A stretch of 64,000 nucleotides of DNA, from the NCBI RefSeq assembly GCF_036365525.1, contig NC_090409.1:39318437-39382436 (forward strand), in the 5' to 3' direction. Within the stretch, counting starts at the first letter, position 1; each line of letters starts with the position of its first letter. The position numbers were made by a program, and so were the translations under genes. Under the pieces are notes generated by a model. The model did no database searches. It saw only the letters and a program-made list of their open reading frames with translations, and was not told where the DNA came from. The stretch comes from Heterodontus francisci. Lineage: Eukaryota. Positions 48,985 through 62,451 of the stretch are shown in pieces.

Positions 48985-51640
48985 TTAAAGCAAATGACTG
49001 CAGATGCTGGAAATATAAAAAAAAAGGCTGGAAATACTCAGCAGGTCTGGCAGCGTCTGTGGAGAGAGAAACAGAGTTAATGTTTCAGCTCAGTGACCCT
49101 TCATCAGAACTGACAAATATTAGAAATGTGAAAGGTTCTCAGCAAGTAAAGTGGGGGTAGGGCAAGAGGTAACAAAGGAGGTCTCGATAGGACAAGGTCA
49201 CAGTGAGTAACTGACCAGAAGGTCATGGAGCAAAGGTAAACAATATGTTAATAGTGTGTTGAAAGACAAAGCATTAGTACAGATAGGGTGTTCATGGCCT
49301 GAAACTGAACAGCCACAAGCAAAACAATAAAAAAGTGGGTAAGCAAACTGAACAAACTAAGATAAAATAAAAACAAACAAAAAAGAACTAAAAATAAAAG
49401 TAAAATGGGGGGCCCGCTATGCTTTGAAGTTATTGAACTCAATGTTCAGTCCGGCAGGCTGCAGCGTGCCTAATCGGTAGATGAGATGCTGTTCCTCGAG
49501 CTTGCGTTGATGTTCACTGGAACACTGCAGCAATCCCAGGGCAGAGATGTGAGCACGAGAGCGGAGGGGGAGGGGAGTGTTGAAATGGCCAGCAACCGGA
49601 CGCTCGGGTACATGCTTTCGGACCAATTCTCCATTGCACTACCACCTCATCACCTATCCACGGCACCTTCCCCTGCAATTGCAGGAGGTGTAATACCTGC
49701 CCATTCAATTCCTCTCTCCTCACTATCCCAGGCCCCAAACACTCCTTTCAGGTGAAGCAGTGATTTACTTGTACTTCTTTCAATGTAGTATTCTGTATTA
49801 GCTGCTCACAATGTGGTCTCCTCTACATTGGGGAGACCAAGCACAGAGTGGGTGACCGCTTGGCTGAACACCTCCAATCAGTCCGCAAGCAGGACCCTGA
49901 GCTTCCGGTTGCTGGCCATTTCAACACTCCCCTTGCGCCCCCCCACCCCCCCGCCCTCATGCTTACATCTGTGTCCTGGGATTGCTGCAGTGTTCCAGTG
50001 AACATCAACGCAAGCTCGAGGAACAGCATCTCATTTCCCAATTAGGCACACTACAGCCTGCCGGACTGAACATTGAATTCAATAATTTCAGAGCATGACG
50101 GGCCCCCATTTTACTTGTATTTTGTGTTACTTATTTCTTCAATTGTTCTGTTTTATTTTTATCTTAGTTTGTTCAGTTTGCTTACCCACTGTTTTTTTTC
50201 ATGTTTGTACTTGCGGCTGTATAGTTTTCAGTTCATTAACACCCTCTCTGTACTAATGCTTTATCTTTCAACACACCATTAATATACTGTTTGTCTTTGC
50301 TCCATGACCTTCTGGTCAGTTACTCTCTGACCTTGTCCCATCTACACCGCCTTTGTTATCTCTTGCCCCAACCCCACTTTACTTGCTTAAAAAGCTTCAC
50401 ATTCCTGTAAGGACTCCATTCCATTCTCCCAGTTTCTCCGTCTCCGACACATCTGCTCTGATGATGCGACCTTCCATGATGGTGCTTCTGTTATGACCTA
50501 AACCGAGGATTTCCCCCCCACTGTTGTTGACAGGGCCCTCAACCGTGTCCGGCCCATTTCCCGCACCGCTACCCTCACTCCTTCCCCTCCCTCCCAGATC
50601 CGTGATAGGGTTCCCCTTGTCCTCACTTTCCACCCCATCAGCCTCCATATCCAAAGGATCATCCTTCGCCATTTCCGCCACCTCCAGCGTGATGCCACTA
50701 CCAATGGCATCTTCCCCTCCCTTCCCCTGTCAGCATTCTGAAGGGATCGTTCCCTCCGTGACACCCTCGTCCACTCCTCCATTACCCCCACCACCTCGTC
50801 CCCGTCCCATGGCACCGTCCCCTGCAATCGCAGAGGTGTAATACCTACCCGTTTACCTACTCTGTCCTCACTATCCCAGGCCCCAAACACTCCTTTCAAG
50901 TGAAGCAGCGATTTACTTGTACTTCTTTCAATGTAGTATACTGTATTCACTGCTCACAACGTGGTCTGCTCTGCATTGGGGAGACGAAACGCAGACTGGG
51001 TGACCGCTTTGCGGAATACCTCCACTCAGTCCGCAAGCAGGACCCAGAGCTTCCGGTTGCTTGCCATTTCAACACTCCCCCCTGCTCTCATCTCTATCCT
51101 GGGATTGCTGCAGTGTTCCAGTGAACATCAACACAAGCTCGAAGAACAGCATCTCATTTTCCGATTAGGCACACGACAGTCTGCCGGACTGAACATTTAA
51201 GTTCAATAACTTCAAAGCATGGCCGGCCCCCCATTTTAATTTTATTTTTAGTTATTTTTACAATTTTTTTTCTTCTGTTTATTTCATTTCATCGTAGTTT
51301 ATTCAGTTTGCTTACCCACTGTTGTTTTTTTCATGTTTGTTACTTGCTGCTGTTCAATATTTAATCCGTTAACACCTTATCTGTACTAATGCTTTGTCTT
51401 TCAACACACCATTAACAAATTGTTTGCCTTTGCTCCAAGACCTTTTGGTCAGCTGTGTGGCCTTATCCAATCTACACCTTCTCCTTTGTTACCTCTTACC
51501 CATCCCCACCTCACTTGCTTATAACCTTTGACATTTTGAATATTTGCTAGATCCGAAGAAGGGTCACTGACCAGAAACATTAACTCTGCTTCTCTTTCCA
51601 CAGATGCTGCCAGACCTGCTGAGAATTTCTTGTTTTTATC
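48985..51640. mobile_element. Penelope-like element cluster (GIY-YIG endonuclease remnants): one inverted and two tandem partial copies
   Basis: ORF 50900..51124 NVVYCIHCSQRGLLCIGETKRRLGDRFAE; same region at 49750-50090 (+) and 49417-49626 (-); hammerhead motif at 49074-49111 (-). Inverted plus tandem partial repeats are typical of PLEs. Confidence 0.82.
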
Positions 51641-51900
51641 CCAGTCTGTCATTGTTCTCCCAATGTGAGGTGGAGCTCAGGAGATGAATTCCTGATATAA
51701 CTAACACGATTCCCCAGTAATATACACATTACTGATTTCAGTCCCAGACACCCAGACAAATGTTCTTTCCAGGAGACAGCTAACTGCAGTCTGTATAAAT
51801 TCACAAGGTTAGCACCATCCAGGAAGATCAATCCTGATATAATCCATATCACCAGCAGCCCCGAGCTCTGCTGAAATGTGAGAGCAGTCACAGCGTTTAC

Positions 51901-51964
51901 CTGAAACAGCAGCAACAGCATTTAGCAGCAGCAGCAGGAGGAGGAGTTTCTGTAAGTTGGGTCC
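51901..51964 (-). CDS. Leader module D exon 2 (signal peptide; no cognate V exon)
   Basis: 64 nt, intact splice sites and peptide; downstream intron homology is lost near 48890, before the V position. Confidence 0.55.
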
Positions 51965-52039
51965 CTGCAACAAGAAAACACAGTTACCCCCCTTTACCAC
52001 AGTTTCTTGCTGTTCATGTCCATTTCTGAGCCGGGACAG

Positions 52040-52235
52040 GACACAGTCCATGGTCCCTCTCCCCATTACTGACCCCCCTCCCTCCCGGCTCTGAGACACA
52101 TTGAGACCGGGAGCAGCCCTGACACAGTCCATGGTCCCTCTCCCCATTGCTGACCCTCCCCCGGGTGTGAGACACATTGAGACCGGGAGCAGCCCTGACA
52201 CAGTCCATGGTCCCTCTCCCCATTACTGACCCTCC
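52040..52235. repeat. 81-bp unit, about 2.4 copies, in module D intron 1
   Basis: Same unit, one copy with the variant TCTCACACCCGGGG. Confidence 0.85.
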
Positions 52236-52260
52236 CCCGGGTGCGAGACACTGACAATAC

Positions 52261-52278
52261 CTGCAGCTCCTTTCCCAT
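52261..52278 (-). CDS. Leader module D exon 1 (MGKELQ)
   Basis: cccATGG, CAG|gtattg donor, phase 0; GC boxes at 52350-52382. Confidence 0.5.
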
Positions 52279-52904
52279 GGGGAGATGGAGAAGAATCACT
52301 TCCTGCTCAGCCGCATGTTCAAGCCGGTCCTGGAGCATGTGACCCAGCGAGGGGCGGGGCCTGGGATTTCGGGGCGGGGCCAGGCAATAGGAGCGGCCAC
52401 TATCTGCATCTGGGCCCATGGTGTGGGGAGAGGCTGTTACTCTGAGGACAGACAGAGGGAGATCAGTCCCGGTACCTTTCCCCTCTCAGAGGGGATGAAA
52501 TGAACAGCCGGCAGGGAATCAGCACTTGCTTGTTCTTTGACTCAAATCCCTTCAGACAGAGGCTGCACCATTATTCCACTCACTCACAACCCCCCCCTTC
52601 TCAGTGTGAAAATGGGTCAGTCCAGTCCCCCCGCCGCCATCTGAGTCACGTGACTGCTGAACCCAATCGGAATTTGACTTCAAATTAGACCGGAAATGAT
52701 GTAAATTCTCAGACTTTGTCAAAACAGAAACAGAGTTTAACCCTTTCAGCTCCATTCTCCTCCTCCTGTGCTGTTTCTATTCTATTTTATTCTCTGACTG
52801 TTCCTCAGAACTGAATCCACATCTTCCAGGGTGTTTTCTTTCACTGAATTTGAGATCCAGCTGTGGTTCAGTTGGTAGCTCTCCAGGACTTGGGAACAAA
52901 AATC

Positions 52905-55900
52905 AAGGTTAACACAGCAGTGCAGAGAAATTTACAGGCAACACAAAAATTGGCCTGGTGGTTAATAGTGAGGAGGGAAGCTGGAGACTGCAGGAGGATA
53001 TTGATGGACTGGTCAGGTGGGCAGAAAAGTTCCAAATGGAATTTAACCCAGAGAAGTGAGAAGTGAGACTTTTTGGGGAAGTCAAACAAGGCAAAGGAAT
53101 ACACAATTAATGGGAAAATGCTGAGAAATGTAGAGTAAGTGAGGGACCTTGGAGTAAATGTCCAGAGATCCTGTCGATAACCACCCTTTCAACCTGTCCT
53201 GCTAAGAAGGCATTTGGAATACTTTCCTTTATTAGCAGAGTATAGAATATAAGCAGGGAGGTTACACTGGAGCTATATAAAACACTAGTTAGGCTACAAC
53301 TTGAGTATGGTGTGCAGTTCTGATCACTTCATTACAGAAAATGGATGCAATTGCACTGGAGAGGGTACAAAAGAGGTTTTTTGAGAATTTTGCCAGGACT
53401 GGAAAATTGCAGCCACGAGGAAGAATTGGATAGGCTGGGTTGTTTTCCTTGGAACAGAGGAGACTGAGGGGAGATTTGATTGAGGTGTCAAGGTTGTGAG
53501 GGGCCTGGATAAAGTTGATGGGAAGCTCCTTTTATCTCAGTGCAATGGTCAGTGACTAGGGGACATAGATTTAAAGTGATTGGTAGAAGGATTAGAGAAG
53601 GGAGATGAGGAAACATTTTATCACCCAGAGGGTGGAGGAGGTCTGGAACTCACTGCCTGAAAGGGTCATAGAGGCAGAAACCCTCAACTCATTCAAACGG
53701 TGTCTGGATACGCACCTGAATATTGAGGAGTACATGACATTTAGGAAGGAGAGGAAGCTAGGAAAAGGTGGAGGGGTTGCTCTGTTAATTAATGATGGTA
53801 TTAGCACTATTGAGAGAGACGACCCAAGTTCTGAAAACCAAGCTATAGAAGCAGTTTGGGTCGAGATGAGAAATGATAAAGGCTAGAAGTCACTTGTGGG
53901 AGTGGTGTAGAGGCCCCCTAACAGTAACCACACAGTAGAACGGGGTATAAAAGAAATATGGGAGCATGTCAGAAAGGTCCGGCAAAAATCATGGGGAATT
54001 TTAATCTACATATAGACTGAAAAATTCAGATGGGCAAAGGCAGCCCAGATAAGGAGTTCATGGAATGGTTTTGCGATAGTTTCTTAGATCACCACATTCT
54101 GGAGTCAGAGAGCAGGACATACTAAACCTCATGTTGTGCAACAAGAGAGGATTAACTCATGACCTCGTAGTGAAGGTCCCCTCAGCTGTGATCATAGTAC
54201 AATTGAATTTTATATTCAGTTTGAGGGAGAGAAGAGTGGGTCCACAACTAGTATGTTAAAGTTAAACAAGGACAATTGTGAGGACAGGAATACAGAAGGT
54301 GGAGAGGCTAGCATTCCAGGCTAACTGCTAAGATGGCCAAATACACAAACAGACGTGGTCAGACCGGATTTGTCACATGACTAACTGGCTGGTGGAGTTT
54401 TTTTGAATCTGAACTTGCCACAGAGTTTTAAAACACAAAACTGTTTGCTCCTGGACTGAAAAGACCTCTCTCCTGTCTGCTCTCATCTCGCTCTCACCAG
54501 CTTCGGAAGCCATTGAAGACACACGAACCCCAAGATAGAAAAGTGTCCTATGGTGAACAAGGTTTAAAAATACCGGGCCCCAACGAAAAGCAAGAATTAC
54601 CTACAAGTGAGAACTATCTGCAAAAGGACTACAGCGAGCTCGAAGCACCGTAACAAGAAACTCTTCTGATATTGCCTTAAAACTCTTTTCTTCTGCTCTT
54701 TTCTCTCTCTATTTACATGTGTGTATTGTGTATACATGCTAGTGGGGGGGTGGGGGGAGGGTGGTGTGTATCCATATTAGTTAACCAAATTAGAGTTTAA
54801 GTTTTAATTAATTTCACTTTTCTTCTTTAAACCTAAGAAAGCCTGTTTGTACTCATTCTTTGCCTTATAATTGGAAAGCGGTGAACAAGCATTCACCAAG
54901 GGGGAGCTCAAAGTACACTGTATAAAATTAAACCGTTACAATAAGACCAGGTGAAGGCTGAGAAAGAACCCAAGGCACCTTTCTCACCTGGTTTAGTTTA
55001 GTTTTGAGATACAGCACTGAAACAGGCCCTTCGGCCCAACGTGTCTGTGCCGACCATCAACCACCCATTTATACTAATCCTACACTAATTCCAAATTCCT
55101 ACCACATCCCCACCTGTCCCTATATTTCCCTACCACCTACCTATACTAGGGGCAATTTATAATGGCCAATTAACCTATTGGCCATTATAAGTCTTTTGGC
55201 ATGTGGGAGGAAACCGGAGCACCTGGAGGAAACCCATGCAGACACAGGGAGAACTTGCAAACTCCACACAGGCAGTACCCAGAATTGAACCTGGATCGCT
55301 GGAGCTGTGAGGCTATGGTGCTAACCACTGTGCCACCCTATGTGGTCATAACACTGGCTAGAAATATGAAGACAGATAGTAAGAGTTTCTGTAGATATTT
55401 TTTAAAAAAGTGAACAAAGATGCTCCACAGATGATGCCAGATCAAAGTATTTCCAGCACTTTTTGTTTTTAATTTAACAAAGTGAGCGTCAGGGAAAAAA
55501 GGAGATGGCAGATGAATTGAACAGGTATTTTGCATCAGTCTTCAACATATAGGATATAAGTAACATCCCAGAAATAGCTGTAAATCAGGAAATGGAAGGG
55601 ATGGAGGAACTTGAGAAAATTACCATCACCAGGGATGTAGTACTGAGCAAATTGTTGGAGTTGCGGGCTGACAAGTCTCAGGGTCCTGATAGACTTCAAC
55701 CCAGGGACTCAAAAGTGGCTAGTGAAATAGTTGATGGGTTGGTTTGAATTTTCCAAAATTCCCTAGATTCAGAGAAGGTTCCATTAGATTGGAAAATAGC
55801 AAATGGAACTTCTTTATTGAAAAAGGGAGGGAGCCAGAAAGCAGGAAACTACAGGGCAGTTAGCTTAACATTTATCATCGGGAAAATGTTAGATATTATA

Positions 55901-57190
55901 AAAGACATTACGGCAGGGTACATAGAAAAATTCAAGGTAACCAGAGAGAATCAACATTGTTCTGTAAAAGGGAAATCATGTTGAACCAATTTATTGGGCT
56001 TCTTTGAAGTAGTAACATATGCTGTGGATAAAGGGGAACTGGTGGATGTACTGTACTTAGAATTCCAGAAGGCACTTGATAAGGTCCACATCAAAGGTTA
56101 TTGTGGAAAATAAAAGCTCATGGCATAGGGAGTTACATATTAGCATGGATAGAAGATTGGCTAGCTAACAGGAAACAGTAGGCATAAATGGGTCATTTTC
56201 TGGTTGATAAGGTGGAACAAGTGGTGTGCCACAGATGTCAGTGCTGGGGCTTCAACTTTTTACAATTTATATAAATGACTTCGATGAAGGAACCAAAAGG
56301 TACGGTTGCTAAATTTGCTAACGATACAGAAATAGGTAGGAAAGTAAATTGTGAAGGGGACAATAAAGAGGCTACAAAGGGATATAGATAGGTTAGGTGA
56401 GTGGGCAAAGATTTGGCAGATGGAGTATAATGTGGGAAAATATGAAAATGTCCATTTTGGCAGGAAGAATAAAAAAAAGCATATTATCTAAATGGAGAGA
56501 GATTGCAGAGCTCAGCAGAGAGATCTGAGTGTCCTAGTGCATGAATCGCAAAAAGTATGCAGGTACAGCAAGTAATTAGGAAAGCTAATAGAATGTTTAC
56601 TGCGAAGGAAATTGAATACAAAAGTAGGAGGTTATGCTTCAGTTATACAGGGCATTGGTGTGACCACACCTGGAGTACTATGTACAGTACTGGTCTCCTT
56701 ATTTAAGGATGTAAATGTGGTGGAAGCAGTTCAGAGAAAGTTTACTATACTAATATCTGGAATGGGCAGGTTGTCTGATGAGGAAGGGTTGGACAGGCTA
56801 GGCTTTATCCACTGGAGTTAAGAGGAAGACATACAAGATTCAGAGGGGTCTTGACAGGGTGGATGTGGAAAGGACGTTTCTCTTGTGGGAGAATGTGGAA
56901 CTAGGGGTCACGGTTTAAAAATAAGGGGGTCGCCCATTTCAGACAGATGAGAAATTTTTTCCCTCAGAGGGCAGAGTGTCTTTGGAACTCTCTTCCTCAA
57001 AAGGCGGTGGAAACAGAGTCTAATATTTTCAAGGCAGAGGTAGATATATTCACGATAAGCAAGGGGGTGAAAGGTTTTTGGGGTAGGTGGGAATGTGGAG
57101 TTGAGGTTACAATCAAATCAGCCATGATATTGTTGAATGTTGGAGCAGGCTCGAGGGGCTGAGTGGCCTACTCCTAATTCGTATGTTCGT
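52905..57190 (+). mobile_element. Decayed CR1 LINE pieces with nested LTR-like element (about 54300-54990) and V-SINE
   Basis: RT 3' fragment 52905-53720; endonuclease (FRKERKLGKGGGVALLI) from 53720; RT and 3' end 55340-57190. Confidence 0.8.
54992..55338 (-). mobile_element. V-SINE (HE1-like)
   Basis: Reverse complement of 5596-5945. Confidence 0.85.
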
Positions 57191-57194
57191 ATGT

Positions 57195-58400
57195 GCAGCT
57201 TGCCAACCCAAAAAATGACCCATTTATCCCTACTCTGATTCCTGTTCGCTAACCAATCCTCTATCCATGTTAATATGTTACCCCCTACACCGTGAGTTCT
57301 TATTTTGTGTAGTAATCTTTGATGTGGCACCTTATCAAATGCCTTTTGTAAATCCAAGTACACCACATCTACAGGTTCCCCTTTATCCATGTGACTTGTT
57401 ACTTTGTCAAAAAGAACTCGAATAAGTTAGTCAAACACCATTTCCCTTTCACAAAATGATGTTGGCTCCGTCTGATCACTTAATTTTCTAAATGTCCTTC
57501 TATAACCTCGTTAATAGATTTTAGCAATTTCTCTATGACATATTAGGCTAACTGGCCTATTTTTTATTTATAGCACTGAAACAGGCCCTTCGGCCCACCG
57601 AGTCTGTGCTGACCAACAACCACCCATTTATACTGACCCGACAGTAATCCCATATTCCCTACCAACTACATACGCTAGGGGCAATTTACAATGGCCAACT
57701 TACCCATCACCTGCAAGTCTTTGGCTGTGGGAGGAAACCGGAGCACCCGGCGAAAACCCACGCGGTCACAGGGAGAACTTGCAAACTTCACACAGGCAGT
57801 ACCCAGAATCGAACCCAGGTCCCTGGAGCTGTGAGGCTGCGGTGCTAACCAGTGCGCCGCCCTATAGTTTCCTGCTTTCCGTCTCCCTCCTTTCTTGAAG
57901 ATAGGTGTTACTTTCACAATTGAATTTGCGATTCTCCAATCTGCTGGGATTTGAATCTCAGCATCTATTGTCTGCAGCCATTTCCTTTCAGACGAGGATA
58001 CAGGTCATTAGGTCCAATGGACTTGTTACCCTTTAGTTCAAATTGTTTGCCCAGTACCTTTTCCCCAGTGATTGTGGTAAAAAAATTCCTCCCTCCCTTT
58101 TACCTCTTGATTTTCAAGCATTTCTGGGATGTTACTTGTGTCTTCTACAGTGAAAGCAGACACAAAATACCTGTTTAATACATCTGCCATTTCCTTCTTT
58201 CCCATTATTAATTCCCCAGTCTCACCTTCTGAAGGGATCAACACTCACGAGTTATTCTTTTTAAAAACTTGCAGAAAAACTATTTCTAGCTAGCTTTCTC
58301 TCATACTTTAATTTCTCCCTCATTATTGGTTCAGTCATTCTTTACTGGTTTCCAAAATCTTAGATCTTCTGACCAAACACATCTTTGCAGTTTTGTGCAC
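57195..58400 (-). mobile_element. CR1 RT fragment
   Basis: ORFs 57118..57390 (DVVYLDLQKAFDKVPH) and 58038..58244. Confidence 0.8.
57562..57862 (-). mobile_element. V-SINE (HE1-like) nested in CR1
   Basis: tRNA head and V-domain on the minus strand; CCTAT repeated at both ends. Confidence 0.82.
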
Positions 58401-59079
58401 TTTCAATTTGATGGAGAGGGGAATGAGTGGCTGGTGTTCCTGTCCTGATCCCTGTCTGGAAACTCCTGCTGGACATCAGGATCAGGCTGAGATGCAATGT
58501 TAAATAAGCTGCTGAATCTAAAGGAGTTGTTTAACAAGGCTCTGCTCCCAGCATCGAGCCTTCCTACACAGTGAATGTAGCAACAGAGAAAGGGCCACAA
58601 CACAGCAGGCCAAATGTTCCAACCCTCACCTGCCCTGAATGAGGATCCACATTGAGGATTGAACCTTGTAAAATTATACCTTCGCTGTCAAAACTCACAT
58701 GAAGACTGGATGTTTATGAGGATAACAGGGCACTACAGGCATCCCCATGTCAGCCATGACTCAGTGGGCAACACTCACCTCAGAGTCAGAAGGTTGTGGA
58801 TTCAAATCCCATTGCAGAGACCTGAGCACATAATAAACGCTGATATTCCCACTGCAGTACTGAGGGCATGCTGCACTGTCAGAGGTGCCACTTTTCAACA
58901 GAGATGCTAAACCAAGGGCCCCGTCTTCCCATTTCGATGTAAAAAGATCCGATAGACACAAGGTGAGTTCCATCTGCTTTGTCAAAGTTTACCATTTAAC
59001 CAATACATCAAACAGGTTATCCAACCACTCATCTCACTGCAACTTGTGGGAACTTGCTTTGTGTAAATTGGTGAGAAAG

Positions 59080-60790
59080 AGGTTTTATCAATACATTAAG
59101 AGTAAGAGGAAAACAAAGGAAAAAGTAGGGCCGATAGAAAACTAAAAGGTAAGGTATGTATAGGAACGGAATTTGTTGGTATTGTTCTTCATGAATACAC
59201 TGCATCTGTCTTCACAAAAGAGGGGGACGATGCAGATATTGCAGTTAAGGAGAAGTGTGAAGTATTGGATGTGATAAACATAGCGAGGGAGGAAGTATTA
59301 ATGGGATCAGCATCCGTGAAAGTTGATAAATCACCAGGGCCAGATGAAATGTACCTGAGGCTGTTAAAAGCCAGGGAGGAAATAGCAGAAAGCCTGACCA
59401 TCATTTTCCAGTCCTCACCAGATACAGGTGTGGTACTGGAGGATTGGAGGACCACGAACGTTGTACTTTTGTTTAAAAAGGAAATGAGGGATAGACTGAA
59501 TAATTCTACACCAGTCAGTCTAACCTCAGGAGTGGACAAATTATTGGAATCTATTCTGAAACAGGATAAACTGTCACTTAGAAGGGCACAGGTTAATCAA
59601 GAATAGTCAGCATGGATTTGTTAAGGGAAGATCTTGTCTTACCAATGAGATAGAATTTTCTGAAGGAGGAACAAAGATTGATGTGGATAATGCAGTTGAT
59701 GTGGTTTACATGGATTTCAGCAAGGCTTTTGACAAGGTTCCACATGGCAGACTGGTTAAAAAAACGCATGGGATCCAGGGAAATGTAGTGAGGTGGATTC
59801 AAAATTGGCTCAGTGGCAGGAAGAGAGGGTAATTGTTGACGGGTGATTTTGCGACTGAAAGGCAGTTTCCAGTGATGTTCCACAGGGCTCAGTACTGGGT
59901 CCCTCGCTTTTGTGGTATATGTTGTTAACGATTTGGACTTAAATGTAGAGGGTATGATCAAAAAATTTGCAGGCGACAAGAAAATTGACCATGTGGTAGA
60001 TAGTGAGAAGGAAAGCTGCAGGAAGATGTCAGGTGGGCAGAAAAGTGGCAAATGGAATTCAACCTGGTGAAGTGTGAGGTGATGCATTTGGGGAGATCAA
60101 ACAATAAATGGGAGGATACTGAGAGGTGTAGAGGAAGTGAGGGACCTTGGAGTGAATGTCCACAGATCCCTGAAGGTAGCAGGACAGGTAGATAGCGTGG
60201 TTAAGAAAGAATATGGAATCCTTTCCTTTATTAGCCGAGGTATAGAATATAAGAGCAGGGAGGTTATGCTGGAACTGTATAACTCATTGGTTAGGCCACA
60301 GCTTGAGTACTGTGTGCAGTTCTGGTCACCTCATTACAGAAAGGATGTAATTGCTCCAGAGAGGGTACAGAGGAGATTTATGAGGATGTTGCCAGGACTG
60401 GAAAAAATGCAACTGTAAGGAAATATTGGATAGGCTGGGGTTGTTCTCCTTATCACAGGGAAGACTGAGAGCAGATCTGAAACGTACAAAACTGAGGGGC
60501 AGAGAGGTCAGTGACTAGGGGGTATATATTTCAAGTGATTGGTGGAATGATCAGAGGAAACAGCTTTTCACCCATAGGGTGGTGGGGTCTGGAACTCACT
60601 GCCTGAAAAGGGTAGTTGAGGAAGAAACCCTCAACTCATTTAAAAAGGGGTCTGGATATGCACCTCAAGTGCTGTAATCTGCAGGGCTGCAGACCAAATG
60701 CTGGAAAATGGGATTAGGCTGAGGGTTCACTTTTCAACCGGCACAGACACGATGGGACAAGTGGCCTCTTCATGTGACAAACATTTTCTC
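59080..60790 (+). mobile_element. 5'-truncated CR1 LINE
   Basis: ORFs 59265..59606 and 60137..60418 (LVRPQLEYCVQFWSPHY). Confidence 0.88.
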
Positions 60791-60796
60791 TGAATC

Positions 60797-62065
60797 TGTA
60801 TAAATGGGAGAAACTGAAACTGGAATTTACCTTTCTGAGATACATTGAACTGTTGGTTGGGGCTCTCTCCTCATGTTGCTCTGATTTGGAACATGTTTGA
60901 CTGTCCCTGTGACCTCAAGACACACGGCTTTTAATGGAATCCATACTTCAGGATAAACTAGATCTTCCTCATTGTTGTGAGTGAGTTTACTTCAGTACCC
61001 AGGACACATTGATCACTCCATTTAGTTGCTGTTGTCCTTGTTTCAGTATCCGAGACACATTGGATGTCCTCATGGCTGTGGTTTTTTCACCTCTATTATA
61101 ATCCCCACTTGTTACCTCTACCCCGGTGAGCAGAGGTGAGAATTCCAGTCTTTGAATACTGGGTTCACATCCAGCAGTAAACTGGTACCCAATGGGAGCT
61201 GAGAGTCAACCCACCACCCATTGTATCTACCCGGACCCTCCTGGTACGGCGTTGTTAGTCAGGATAAGGACCTGTCCATATCAAGAAAGAGTCTTCCTTA
61301 TGGAGCACAATCTACTGGGTGTAAAAGCAGTGCAAGGAATCAGCTGCCTCATTTTAAAATGATATATTAATTCCTGAGATGTGGGTGTCACTGGCAAGGC
61401 CGGTATTTATTGTCCATCCAGAGACACCACTGGTGAAGGTGGTGCTGGGTCTTCTTCAACCGTTTCAGTCCCGTGTGGTGAAGGTGCTCCCACGGTGCCG
61501 TTAGGGAGGGAGATCCAGGATTTTGACCCAGTGACGATGAAGGAACGGCCGATATATCTCCAAGTTGGGACGGTGTGTGTGTGACTCGCAGGGGAACATG
61601 GAGGCGATGGTGTTCCCATGCTCCTGCTGTCCTTGTCCTTCTAGGGGAGGCTGGAGGTTGTGGGTTTGTGAGGTTTTATTGAAGAATGTGGGACTGGGAA
61701 CAGAAGAGAAAGAAGACTTGTTATCCTCCTTGTCCTGTCACCCTCCTCTAGGATACCTCAAACCCAGACAATAAATTCATTAATTAAATAAAAAACACCT
61801 TTACAATAAATCTAACCGCTTATTCTGGGAATTGTGAACACAAATGATTTTACAGCCTGGATGTTATCTAGAGGAGATGCGGCTGCTCAGGATCCAGTGT
61901 GATCGGGAACACCGGGATTTTCAGGAGCAGCCGGTAACAGCAGCTGAGAAACAAATGTCAGAAATGGATGTTTGTCTCCACAGAGCAGCTGGACAGCGCT
62001 TTGAAACGTGTGTTTCCCATTGTAAACATATTGGTCACAATGTCCACCCCCAGTCTGTCATTGTT
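60797..62065. repeat. Low-copy duplicated block, copy 3
   Basis: 60797-61815 matches 47215-48240; 61825-62065 matches 48735-48980. Confidence 0.9.
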
Positions 62066-62309
62066 CTCCCAATGGGAGGTGGAGCTCAGCAGATAAATTC
62101 CTGATATAATGAAGACTATTCCCCAGTAATATACACATTACTGATTTCAGTCCCAGACACCCAGACAAATGTTCTTTCCAGGAGACAGCTAACTACAGTC
62201 TGTATAAATTCACAAGGTTAGCACCATCCAGGAAGATCAATCCTGATATAATCCATGTCACCAGCAGCCCCGAGCTCTGCTGAAATGTGAGAGCAGTCAC
62301 AGCGTTTAC

Positions 62310-62373
62310 CTGAAACAGCAGCAACAGCATTTAGCAGCAGCAGCAGGAGGAGGAGTTTCTGTAAGTTGGGTCC
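62310..62373 (-). CDS. Leader module E exon 2 (signal peptide; no cognate V exon)
   Basis: 64 nt, intact splice sites and peptide. Confidence 0.55.
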
Positions 62374-62451
62374 CTGCAACAAGAAAACACAGTTACCCCC
62401 CTTTACCACAGTTTCTTGCTGCTCATGTCCATTACTGAACCGGGACAGGAG

